DNA of 52,669 nucleotides from Caecitellus pseudoparvulus (Eukaryota; Protista; Bigyra: Bicosoecida). The notes beneath the pieces are model-generated. The model was given only the letters and a program-made list of their open reading frames with translations, did no database searches and was not told the DNA's origin. The stretch's first letter is position 1. Each line of letters opens with the position of its first letter. Positions 1-9,500 of the stretch are shown here, piece after piece. The stretch is from the NCBI GenBank assembly GCA_965644315.1, contig CBFFRQ010000197.1:1-52669 (forward strand), read 5' to 3'. The translations under genes were made by a program, and so were the position numbers.

Positions 1-1352
1 AACCCTAACCCTAACCCTAACCCTAACCCTAACCCTAACCCTAACCCTAACCCTAACCCTAACCCTAACCCTAACCCTAACCCTAACCCTAACCCTAACC
101 CTAACCCTAACCCTAACCCTAACCCTAACCCTAACCCTAACCCTAACCCAAACCCTAACCCTAACCCTAACCCTAACCCTAACCCTAACCCTAACCCTAA
201 CCCTAACCCTAACCCTAACCCTAACCCTAACCCTAACCCTAACCCTAACCCTAACCCTAACCCTAACCCTAACCCTAACCCTAACCCTAACCCTAACCCT
301 AACCCTAACCCTAACCCTAACCCTAACCCTAACCCTAACCCTAACCCTAACCCTAACCCTAACCCTAACCCTAACCCTAACCCTAACCCTAACCCTAACC
401 CTAACCCTAACCCTAACCCTAACCCTAACCCTAACCCTAACCCTAACCCTAACCCTAACCCTAACCCTAACCCTAACCCTAACCCTAACCCTAACCCTAA
501 CCCTAACCCTAACCCTAACCCTAACCCTAACCCTAACCCTAACCCTAACCCTAACCCTAACCCTAACCCTAACCCTAACCCTAACCCTAACCCTAACCCT
601 AACCCTAACCCTAACCCTAACCCTAACCCTAACCCTAACCCTAACCCTAACCCTAACCCTAACCCTAACCCTAACCCTAACCCTAACCCTAACCCTAACC
701 CTAACCCTAACCCTAACCCTAACCCTAACCCTAACCCTAACCCTAACCCTAACCCTAACCCTAACCCTAACCCTAACCCTAACCCTAACCCTAACCCTAA
801 CCCTAACCCTAACCCTAACCCTAACCCTAACCCTAACCCTAACCCTAACCCTAACCCTAACCCTAACCCTAACCCTAACCCTAACCCTAACCCTAACCCT
901 AACCCTAACCCTAACCCTAACCCTAACCCTAACCCTAACCCTAACCCTAACCCTAACCCTAACCCTAACCCTAACCCTAACCCTAACCCTAACCCTAACC
1001 CTAACCCTAACCCTAACCCTAACCCTAACCCTAACCCTAACCCTAACCCTAACCCTAACCCTAACCCTAACCCTAACCCTAACCCTAACCCTAACCCTAA
1101 CCCTAACCCTAACCCTAACCCTAACCCTAACCCTAACCCTAACCCTAACCCTAACCCTAACCCTAACCCTAACCCTAACCCTAACCCTAACCCTAACCCT
1201 AACCCTAACCCTAACCCTAACCCTAACCCTAACCCTAACCCTAACCCTAACCCTAACCCTAACCCTAACCCTAACCCTAACCCTAACCCTAACCCTAACC
1301 CTAACCCTAACCCTAACCCTAACCCTAACCCTAACCCTAACCCCTAACCTAA
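1..1352. repeat. Terminal telomeric array (CCCTAA)n, i.e. TTAGGG on the - strand; ~1.35 kb
   Basis: Near-perfect CCCTAA hexamers from base 1. One CCCAAA variant at 147-152, and CCCCTAA/CCTAA variants at the inner junction (1341-1352). Confidence 0.99.
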
Positions 1353-4300
1353 AGAGATCATGGGACTGCAATGCTTCAGACCAAGTCCACCTGACCGTCC
1401 ACCAGGACGAAGTGAGGTCGCCTTGCTCATCGACAGAAGACTGCGGGCTCAACGGATGGGGGACCTTGGCCTTGATGGCCGCTGTGTTGTTGCTTGCACC
1501 ATTCCCACAACGCCAAAGCCTCTTGCAATCATCGCGGCATATGTGCCAAACTGGCACACAGCGCAGCGAAAGAAGCCGTTAGCAGACCCAGATACAAAGC
1601 TACCTCACAGGCAGCAGATTTGGGAACAGCTCACAAATGCTGTTCAACATCTGAGGACAACCCACATGATCACACTCATGGGTGATCTGAACTGCCACCC
1701 AGGTCAACACGGGGTAGCTTCGTGGGACACGTCATGCTGGCGCAACCAATCCGGTATCCCCGACCCGACGGACGACGTTCAGGAACTGGCGACTGTGTGT
1801 GAACAGGCACAACTTCAGCCTGCTGGGGTTGGGGGACAGCCTACCCAAGCTACCTTTCAGAGAGTCTTGGATCACATCCTCGTATGTCCCTCGCTGCGGT
1901 CCCGGTTGGTAAAGCCCCTTGCTGTTGTCACAACATATTCAAGCGCCAGGAAGAAGAACCACCGAAAGATGATCCTCAGTGACCACCACATGCTCACTGC
2001 CGGCGTTGCAGTCAAGCTGCCCCCCCGACCCAAAGCCTCCAGACAACATCCATCAACCCACTCTGTCCCCCCGTGGTGGGCATCGTCCACACGTGAGGGA
2101 CTCAAGGCGCAGTACATGCACAGACGCCATCTTGATGCATCTCTTGGGCCAACCGACCTGCATGTCCCTGGTACTGGAGATGAGGCAGAAGCACTCCAAA
2201 GCTTGGACGCCCTCATTGCTACCAGTGCTCGAACCACGCATGCCCAGTGCAAGTCCACATCACCTCAAATGATTCAGGCATTTGCTGACATACCACGACT
2301 CAGCTCCCTGAAGAAGCGCATGACAGCCAAAACGAGGTCCATCCAGAAGCGACTTGTAAAGCTCCGTCGGCGCAAGCATCTGCTGCGGCACTCCTCACTG
2401 CCTAGCTCGATCGAGGCTCTGCGCAAGGAGGAGGAGCGGGAACACATGCTGCTTGAAGACCTGCATGCGACGAGGACTGAAAGGAGGCAAGCAATGCGCA
2501 GGTGCACCAGACTCGTGGCAAAGAAGCATAAAGCCGCGAAGTTCCAGGTTCAGCACCGCATCAGGGAGCTTACACTGGCCGACCCATTCACTGCGCACCA
2601 ACACATCCGAAAGTTGGCTGGGAAGAAGCGGAAAGGCACAGTGTCCTGCATCCAGTCAGTACTCGACAGCAACGGAACACTCATCACGGAACCTGCTCTC
2701 GTTCGGTCCACAGTGCGGGACCACATGTCCCAAATCATCAGCTCCCCCCCTCTAGAGCTTGCCCCACTGAAGTTCGGTTTGGCCCGGCTGCTGCCGTCTG
2801 CACAAGATGCCACCGCCTCTCATGATGCTTGGGTCCCAAGTGTGGACCTCATCATGAGAAAGATCCAGTCACTCAACCTACACCGCAACCCTGGCACTGG
2901 AAGCTTCCAAGCTGAACATCTGAAGTACGCCAGTGAAGCCTTCAGGAAGAAGTATGCTGTTACCCTCCGCCAAGCCATCAGCACTGGCTCCTGCCCTGAG
3001 GAGTACCACTGTGGCGTCGGGACTCTCATCCCAAAGGCCGCTAGCCAACCCGGACGAGTACAGACATACCGCCTCATTGTTTGTCGCCCACCTCAAGCCA
3101 AGCTGTTCTTCTCTGTGGTAGCAGCTTGTGTAGAAGACTGGGTCCAAAGGTGGATCTCTCCAGAACAAGCTGGCTTTACTCATGCTCGAAACACGCATGA
3201 ACAGATACTAGCACTACAAGAAACTTCTGCTGCGTATCTTCGAACAAAGCCGGACGCCAGTGTCCTCATACTCTTTGTTGACTTCAGAAGCGCCTTCGAT
3301 ACTGTCAGTCACGGTGCGATCATTGAGATCCTTGAGAGCGCAAATCTCCCGAGCGCCCTACTCGAATGTGTGAAAGACTACATGCGGCGAGCTTCTGTTG
3401 CCATCCACACGGGGCACGGCCTCTGCAACCCCCTACCGGTGACAAACGGTGTCCCACAGGGTGGAGCCCTGTCGCCTCTTCTGTTCAAAATTGCCATAGA
3501 TGTCCTCTCTCACCGGCTCAGAGAACTACCAAAGCAGGGGGTGGCGGGTGCAGGAGTGCCCACACCCCGAGGCCGAGTCACCCACACGCTGTATGCGGAT
3601 GATCTGGCCTGCCTGGCTACCACACCAGCTGCCCTCCACCGAATGTTTCTCGAAGTCAAATCTGTGGGCAGTCGTGTTGGACTGACCATAAACCCCAACA
3701 AGTCAGGTGTCATGATCTTGACTGGAGCGCAACATGTCAGAGGCATATCAGCGACAGAGAGACGAAAGCTGGTCTGGAGATCCCGCTGGCTCAAGTCTGG
3801 GGAGATGTTGAAAGTAAAGGGGGCGCCCATCCAACGTACGAGTGTCTACTCGTACCTTGGTGCCCCACTTTCAGAAAACTTCAGCCGCACCAGGCTGCTT
3901 GCCTTGAAGCATGCAACACAATCTTGCACCCGGGCTGGCTTCGCCTGCGGTGCCCTCCTTAGTGGCGTCTGGCTTAGCCCAAGTCTCAAACAGCGGGTCG
4001 GTGCTGCAGCTGTCAACAGCGCCGCCGACTACATCCTTGCCTCTCAGGTCAGCAACTCCGTGCTACCTCTTCGAGATCTTGACCGAGGACTGGCCATTGC
4101 CTTCTCTAAGGCCCAGCTTGGCATGCAGAGTTCACTAGCTCGGATGCACAACTATGCAAAGTTGGCTGTGTGTGGCATCCTGCCAGCACACATCCGAGCG
4201 ACAAGATTACGCAGCAACATCTTCAAAAAGTTGCTGAAGAACTTGCACAGCCCCACGCCTATAGTCAAAGCCCTGTCATCCAGCCTTCATCAAGCCCTGC

Positions 4301-6549
4301 GCCAGCTTCCGCCCACCATGGACATGGCCTTTGTCTTTCAGGCCAATGTCCGCCTGGATAGGAAAGGACCGGGAGGAGTTCCAGACCCCTGGGCCCTGCA
4401 CGGTCTCCTTGACCTTTGGCTACATGGTTGCCTCCCTGATCGCCGGGCACTTGAGGCAGCCTGCCAAGAGCCAGCCGCAGACTCATCACCCGAAGCACAG
4501 GGGATCGACATCCTTGCTCGGTTGGATCCCCCTCCAACCAAGGCCCAACTCCTTGGACTTGCTGCCCCGGAGCTGTCAGACCTCTCCCAACCCCCAACCT
4601 TCCCAGACAAGACCTCTTGGTCGATCAGACAACATGTAGTCGCCTCGTTCCTCCATGTTGCACAAGCGGTTCAATGCCAAGAAGTTGGCTACACCACCAC
4701 TGGCGAGATGAAGCGCTCAAGGCGGCCTAAGGAGTTCCACGTTGGACTGGGGGCCTGTTTCTTCACATGGCTCCACCCCATCCCCTCTTCTGTAAACCCA
4801 CTCTTTTGGGTCCATGAAGATGACCAACAAAGCCGAGTCAAGATCCACCTCTGGCAAACGCTGCAGGTCTTCAATGGGGGAGACACCCCCACACTCTTCA
4901 GCGAATGTCCCTTGTGTCATGGAGTTTCATGGTGTACACTCCATGAACATGTCCTCTTTGACTGCCCTCATTACAAACTGCAACCATCGCGGACGAACGC
5001 AATGGTTGCAGTGCGGAATTTCCTAGAGCGGTCAAATGACGCGGTGAGGGGGGTGGCCAACGCCCAACACCTTGAAGTGCCCCCCCTCATCCTGGATGCT
5101 GTTGTCCGGGCTGCCGAAGGCCGCTTTGTGGGCCGACCGGGTCGCTTGATCCTTCTTCGCCTTCTACTGTGCGGCCAGTGGCCCCACCGGTGGGGCCAGC
5201 CTCCAACACAGCAGCTTTGGAGACCTGAGGCGGCCGCAGTCCTGAGCAACCCTCATGTTGCTCTCCGCGGCCCCTCAGGTCCTCTCCGCCCTCCCAAGTA
5301 CTGGAAACAAGCTCTGGCTGCCGCCACGAGCTTCTCTGTATCTGCGTGGGACGTGCTGGTAACATGCATGCTGGGACGTACCTCACAGGCTGATCGCCAT
5401 GTCCAGGTACACGCCAGGTACCTGTGGTGGGCTGCCCATGGCCGCACGAGTCCACTTCCAGGCTTCTCCACCCCTGACCCAACCGCTGTGAGAAAGCATA
5501 CGCGACATGTTCGCACGCGGCGCTTTGAACGGACTTACTTTCCTGTCAGGGCTGAGCGCAGGCCTCCTCGCTCCTTCACGAGGCAGGCCACTCTCCTTGA
5601 TTTTGGTCTCGCACGGCCCGAAGCCCGTGATGACCCTCCATCACCCTCTTCCAACTCGGCCATGTCCTCCGAGATGTCCTTGGAAAGTCCATCGTCTTCT
5701 GAATAGGCGGGGATCTGTGAGAGACAAAGCGCGGAAACAGGCAAGCTTACATGTGTATCGTGGTGAGAACCACGGTCGTGGTTGACTGCGAAGGCGAGGC
5801 TGCTACATGCGCTGTCCTTGATGCTTGGTTTTCTCTGTGAAAAGCAAGGTTATTGGAAAGTGAATGTTGTCAGTATACGTACCTGTGTCTTTGAGGTCCA
5901 CAGAAAGACCCACTGGCGGCTCTGCGATGTTGTGGGCGGAATTTGGGAGCGTGAACAGACGGGCGCCGTGTGCAACGCCGCACGCGGAACTTACAGGTCC
6001 GCCACGTCCTGATAGATGATGTGGCTGGAACACCTGTGAACAAGGGAGCAAGCTGGTGTGTTCTTGGTGGGCGGGGGGACGTTGTTCCGGCGGTGCGCGC
6101 TGCTACCACCGGCGTGGTGCAGTGCAGCACCGCCATGAAACGCCACCCCCCAAGGCGGCCACTGCGGCTCAGTTCAACGCGCAGTGGCCCCAGGCACACG
6201 TGCAGTGCCTGGCAGAGGCCAAGAGATCTGGGGGACTGATGAATTATGATGCGAAATGTGGACTGGGACGAAGTAGGAGTGGGCCCGGCCCCCTCTGGCT
6301 CAGCCGACTGAGCCGAGAGGGCGCGGGAGGGACAGTTCAGCATGTATGGGCGGGCGCGGGCGCGCCCTAGCAAGCGGCGGCTCATACAACGGACGTATGT
6401 CCGTGATGGCTGCAGACCCACGAGAGTGGGAGCCGCTGTGGTGCCTACTGCAGTGCATTCGTGTGCTGTGGTACGCAAGGCACCACGAGTGATGCCCAAG
6501 CTGTACCGTGCAAGAGTGTGCGGAGGCAAGTTGCAATGCATTGAGTGAG
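1353..6549 (+). mobile_element. Telomere-associated non-LTR retrotransposon, family A (copy 1), 5'-truncated inside the APE domain
   Basis: APE-RT-CCHC ORF plus ~840-nt 3' UTR ending ...GCATTGAGTGAG|CTAACC. Telomeric repeats on both sides; no poly(A). Confidence 0.95.
1360..5706 (+). CDS. Non-LTR polyprotein: partial APE endonuclease + reverse transcriptase + CCHC zinc knuckle (uninterrupted but N-terminally truncated)
   Basis: APE motifs AYVP, MGDLN, LDHIL, SDHH. RT motifs QAGF, FVDFRSAFD, GVPQGGALSP, YADD (3592-3603), INPNKS, YLG. CPLC...HVLFDC near 4905-4966. The start Met aligns to an internal Met of copy 2 (KEIMGLQC vs TEVMGLEC), so the N-terminal APE motifs WNVHG/TE are missing. Confidence 0.93.
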   Translation: MGLQCFRPSPPDRPPGRSEVALLIDRRLRAQRMGDLGLDGRCVVACTIPTTPKPLAIIAAYVPNWHTAQRKKPLADPDTKLPHRQQIWEQLTNAVQHLRTTHMITLMGDLNCHPGQHGVASWDTSCWRNQSGIPDPTDDVQELATVCEQAQLQPAGVGGQPTQATFQRVLDHILVCPSLRSRLVKPLAVVTTYSSARKKNHRKMILSDHHMLTAGVAVKLPPRPKASRQHPSTHSVPPWWASSTREGLKAQYMHRRHLDASLGPTDLHVPGTGDEAEALQSLDALIATSARTTHAQCKSTSPQMIQAFADIPRLSSLKKRMTAKTRSIQKRLVKLRRRKHLLRHSSLPSSIEALRKEEEREHMLLEDLHATRTERRQAMRRCTRLVAKKHKAAKFQVQHRIRELTLADPFTAHQHIRKLAGKKRKGTVSCIQSVLDSNGTLITEPALVRSTVRDHMSQIISSPPLELAPLKFGLARLLPSAQDATASHDAWVPSVDLIMRKIQSLNLHRNPGTGSFQAEHLKYASEAFRKKYAVTLRQAISTGSCPEEYHCGVGTLIPKAASQPGRVQTYRLIVCRPPQAKLFFSVVAACVEDWVQRWISPEQAGFTHARNTHEQILALQETSAAYLRTKPDASVLILFVDFRSAFDTVSHGAIIEILESANLPSALLECVKDYMRRASVAIHTGHGLCNPLPVTNGVPQGGALSPLLFKIAIDVLSHRLRELPKQGVAGAGVPTPRGRVTHTLYADDLACLATTPAALHRMFLEVKSVGSRVGLTINPNKSGVMILTGAQHVRGISATERRKLVWRSRWLKSGEMLKVKGAPIQRTSVYSYLGAPLSENFSRTRLLALKHATQSCTRAGFACGALLSGVWLSPSLKQRVGAAAVNSAADYILASQVSNSVLPLRDLDRGLAIAFSKAQLGMQSSLARMHNYAKLAVCGILPAHIRATRLRSNIFKKLLKNLHSPTPIVKALSSSLHQALRQLPPTMDMAFVFQANVRLDRKGPGGVPDPWALHGLLDLWLHGCLPDRRALEAACQEPAADSSPEAQGIDILARLDPPPTKAQLLGLAAPELSDLSQPPTFPDKTSWSIRQHVVASFLHVAQAVQCQEVGYTTTGEMKRSRRPKEFHVGLGACFFTWLHPIPSSVNPLFWVHEDDQQSRVKIHLWQTLQVFNGGDTPTLFSECPLCHGVSWCTLHEHVLFDCPHYKLQPSRTNAMVAVRNFLERSNDAVRGVANAQHLEVPPLILDAVVRAAEGRFVGRPGRLILLRLLLCGQWPHRWGQPPTQQLWRPEAAAVLSNPHVALRGPSGPLRPPKYWKQALAAATSFSVSAWDVLVTCMLGRTSQADRHVQVHARYLWWAAHGRTSPLPGFSTPDPTAVRKHTRHVRTRRFERTYFPVRAERRPPRSFTRQATLLDFGLARPEARDDPPSPSSNSAMSSEMSLESPSSSE

Positions 6550-6555
6550 CTAACC
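6352..6555 (+). ncRNA. Conserved structured 3'-terminal RNA element of family A, ending in CUAACC
   Basis: Series of hairpins and a multiway junction with compensatory changes relative to family B (12435-12626); see findings. Confidence 0.7.
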
Positions 6556-6586
6556 CTAACCCTAACCCTAACCCTAACCCCTAACC
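6550..6586. repeat. Interstitial telomeric tract between copies 1 and 2: (CTAACC)5-C-CTAACC
   Basis: 37-bp tract read directly from the sequence. Confidence 0.98.
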
Positions 6587-9500
6587 AGAACCTTCCATGC
6601 CGACCACCGAGCAAGACAAGCTTGACCTCTTTCAATCGTTCCTGTACCGACATGCGCCTGATGATGCAGCACTCACCAGTGCCTGTCCACCTGTGCTCCT
6701 CCCTGGTCTTCATCTCTTGCTCACGCGTATCAACGAGGGCCATCGGGAACTTGAAGGCGGCACAGTGTCTGGACACTGCCTGGTTGATGTCAAGGCAGAG
6801 AAAGAGATGACCTCCGAGGCAAAAGTCTTTGCTGGGGTGTACTTCGCGTTTGCTCTCAGCTTGGTTGACACTGGAGGTGTCTCCCACCTTCAGCTCATTG
6901 TCGTCAACGCTGAGAAGTCCACACTTGTACTGTGGAACCCTGACGAACCCTTCAAGAGCACCAACATTCCAATCGACGGCTGCCTGAACACACTCGACTC
7001 GATGGGCATTGAGTCTGTGTACCGTGTCTCATCCTCCCCGCTGAGTGGCAAGCCGATTCCCTTCAAAGACAGAGTGCGGCTGGCCATGCTGTCCCTCAGG
7101 TCTGACTTTCCCCCACTCCCGTTCGTAGCTGAGGACGAGACTGTCTACCCAAAGACTCTCATCACTGGCAAGACAACACGGGTGTACCTCCCTGTAGGCC
7201 GCACCACGCGCCAACAAGCAGCTGCCGATGAGAGAGCCAAGACGGTTGACCCCATACTGTCACTCATCCCAACATCTGTACAAGTCGCCGACCAGATCAG
7301 TAGCGATGCACCCCATACCCCTGTCGGCCGCGGAAGACACATGACACTCGCACTTGCTGCTTGGAATGTGCACGGCTCCTGCGGCCAGTGTGTCCACGAT
7401 GTCGTCACCTGTGTCCAGTCTGTGTGCAGTGCGTCGTCCATGTTGGCACTCTGTGTCACAGAGCCTGGGGGGCACGGCCTGCTCGACACGGAAGTCATGG
7501 GCCTTGAATGCTTCCGCCCAAGCCCGCCTGATCGGCCTGTCGGGCGGAGTGAGGTTGCCTTGCTGCTTGATCGAAGACTCAATGGCTCAGTGATCCCGGG
7601 CCTCGACGTTGATGGTCGCTGCATAATTGCTTGCTCGATCCCTGCAAGCCCACAACCCATCGCCATCATAGCCACGTACGTACCCAACTGGCACTCTTGG
7701 CAGCGAAAGAAGCCAGTCGCTGATCCGGACACGAAGCTTCCGTACCGGCAAGAGGTTTGGCGGCAGCTTGAGTCTGCTGTTCAACAGCTCCGCCTCACCC
7801 ACATGATTGTCATCATGGGTGACTTGAACACTCATCCAGGTGACGAAGGGGTAGGCACGTGGGGAGCAGATCACTGGGAGAACCGGACCGGCATTCCCGA
7901 GCCCACTGAAGACATCCTGCAGATGCAGCTCCTCTGCGAGCAAGGCCCACTGATCCCAGCCGGACTTGGTGGCCTGCCAACGCACAGGTATGGTCGGGCT
8001 CTGGACCACATCCTGATGACTGAGGACCTCCACAGTATGTTGAGCAGACCACTGCACATCACAACAACGTTCTCCAGCGGGACGAAAAAGAGTGCCGCTC
8101 GACTAGTCCTCAGTGACCATCATCTTGTTGCAGCAGAAGTCCGAGTGAAGCCTGCCAAGCGAGTGTGGACATCATCCAAGAGCCCCCATGTACAGGCGGT
8201 GCCACCCTGGTGGACCTCAGCGACAGAGGCTGGGCTGGCAGCGCAAGCGATGTTTCGAGGATCCCTCAGCTCGCGGGCCACCGCGCTCCAGACAGGCAGC
8301 GCCGCCCCGAGCCTATCCTTTCTCAACGGTGCTATCGAAGCTGCGGCTATGGACACACATCGCAAGGCCAAGACCCCACGTGACCCTCTGCCCCAGCTGA
8401 AGATGGACATCAAGGCGGCCAGCGGGCTCAAGAAGTCCATGACTGCACGCGTGTCCAAGCTGCGGAAGACCATTGCCAAGCTGCACCGGAAGCTCGCACT
8501 TGCCACCGGTCGGCATCCTCAGCCAGACCACGCCCGTGCCATCCGAGAGGGAATCTCCATGGCCACTGAAGAGCTACACGCCACGCTTCAATGCCGCAAG
8601 GATGCAATGCGGAAGTGCACGAGGCTTGTGAAGAAGAAGCGACATGTCACTCTGTCCAGGATCCGAGCACGCTTGAGGGAACTCGCTGTCACGGATCCCT
8701 TCACTGCCCACCAACACATCAAGCGCCTGTCAGGTCGAGGTCGTCGAGCCCGTCGAGCTCCCATCAGGTCCGTGAAGTCCATGCAGGGAGTGCTCATCTC
8801 CTCCCCTGATCTGGTGAAGGAGGAGGTTGCCAAGCAGATGTCTGGCATCCTGAGTCACAACAAGCCCAGGCCAACATCGCTGAAGTACGGGCTGGCAAGG
8901 TTCCTTCCCTCAGCCCAAGAGTCCTTCACCCCGCCAGTGACATGGCTTCCCTCCAAGAAGCAAGTCAAAGTCCTCATGGGATCACTCAGCTTGCATCGAC
9001 ACCCAGGCTCTGGCAAGTTCCAATCAGAGCACATCAAGTATGCTGGGCCAGGCTTCCAAGACATCTACTCCCAAGCCGTCATCCAAGCGTTGCAACACGG
9101 CACCTGCCCGCCAGACTACCATGCAGGCATTGGGTCACTCATCCCCAAGAAGACGAGTGAAGCTGGGCGGCCTCGCACATACCGCTTGATTGTATGCCGC
9201 CCCCTCCTGCGAAGCTCTTCTTCTCAGTGGCCGCTGCATGCCTGGAGTCCTGGATGCAAACATGGGTGTCGAAGGAGCAGGCTGGCTTCACTCGACACCG
9301 CAACACGCATGAGCACATCTTGGCTCTCCAAGAGGTGATCAAGGGCCACCTGCGACAGTCAACAGCGCCAGTGCAAGTCCTGGTACTCTTCGTGGACTTC
9401 CGGGGAGCATTCGACTCTGTGAGCCACGCAGCCATCACAGAGATCCTTGAGGCTGCCTCCCTCCCTGCGCCACTCCTGGCCGTCATCAAGGAGTACATGT

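Noticed and set aside
147-152. Single CCCAAA variant in the telomere
   Set aside because: An isolated substitution that cannot be told apart from sequencing error or sporadic misincorporation.
4970-5706. Possible C-terminal restriction-like endonuclease (Dualen-type dual endonuclease)
   Set aside because: No PD..D/E.K motif is conserved between the two families after the CCHC knuckle.
6236-6256. Hammerhead-like core CTGATGA...GAAA in the family A 3' UTR (also CTGACGA...GAAAC near 12051-12083)
   Set aside because: No convincing stem II or flanking stems I/III, and not positionally conserved between families.
5870-6887. Short ORFs across the UTR and telomeric linker (e.g. LTLTLT, VRVRVR peptides)
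   Set aside because: These are translations of telomeric repeats and GC-rich UTR with no coding evidence.
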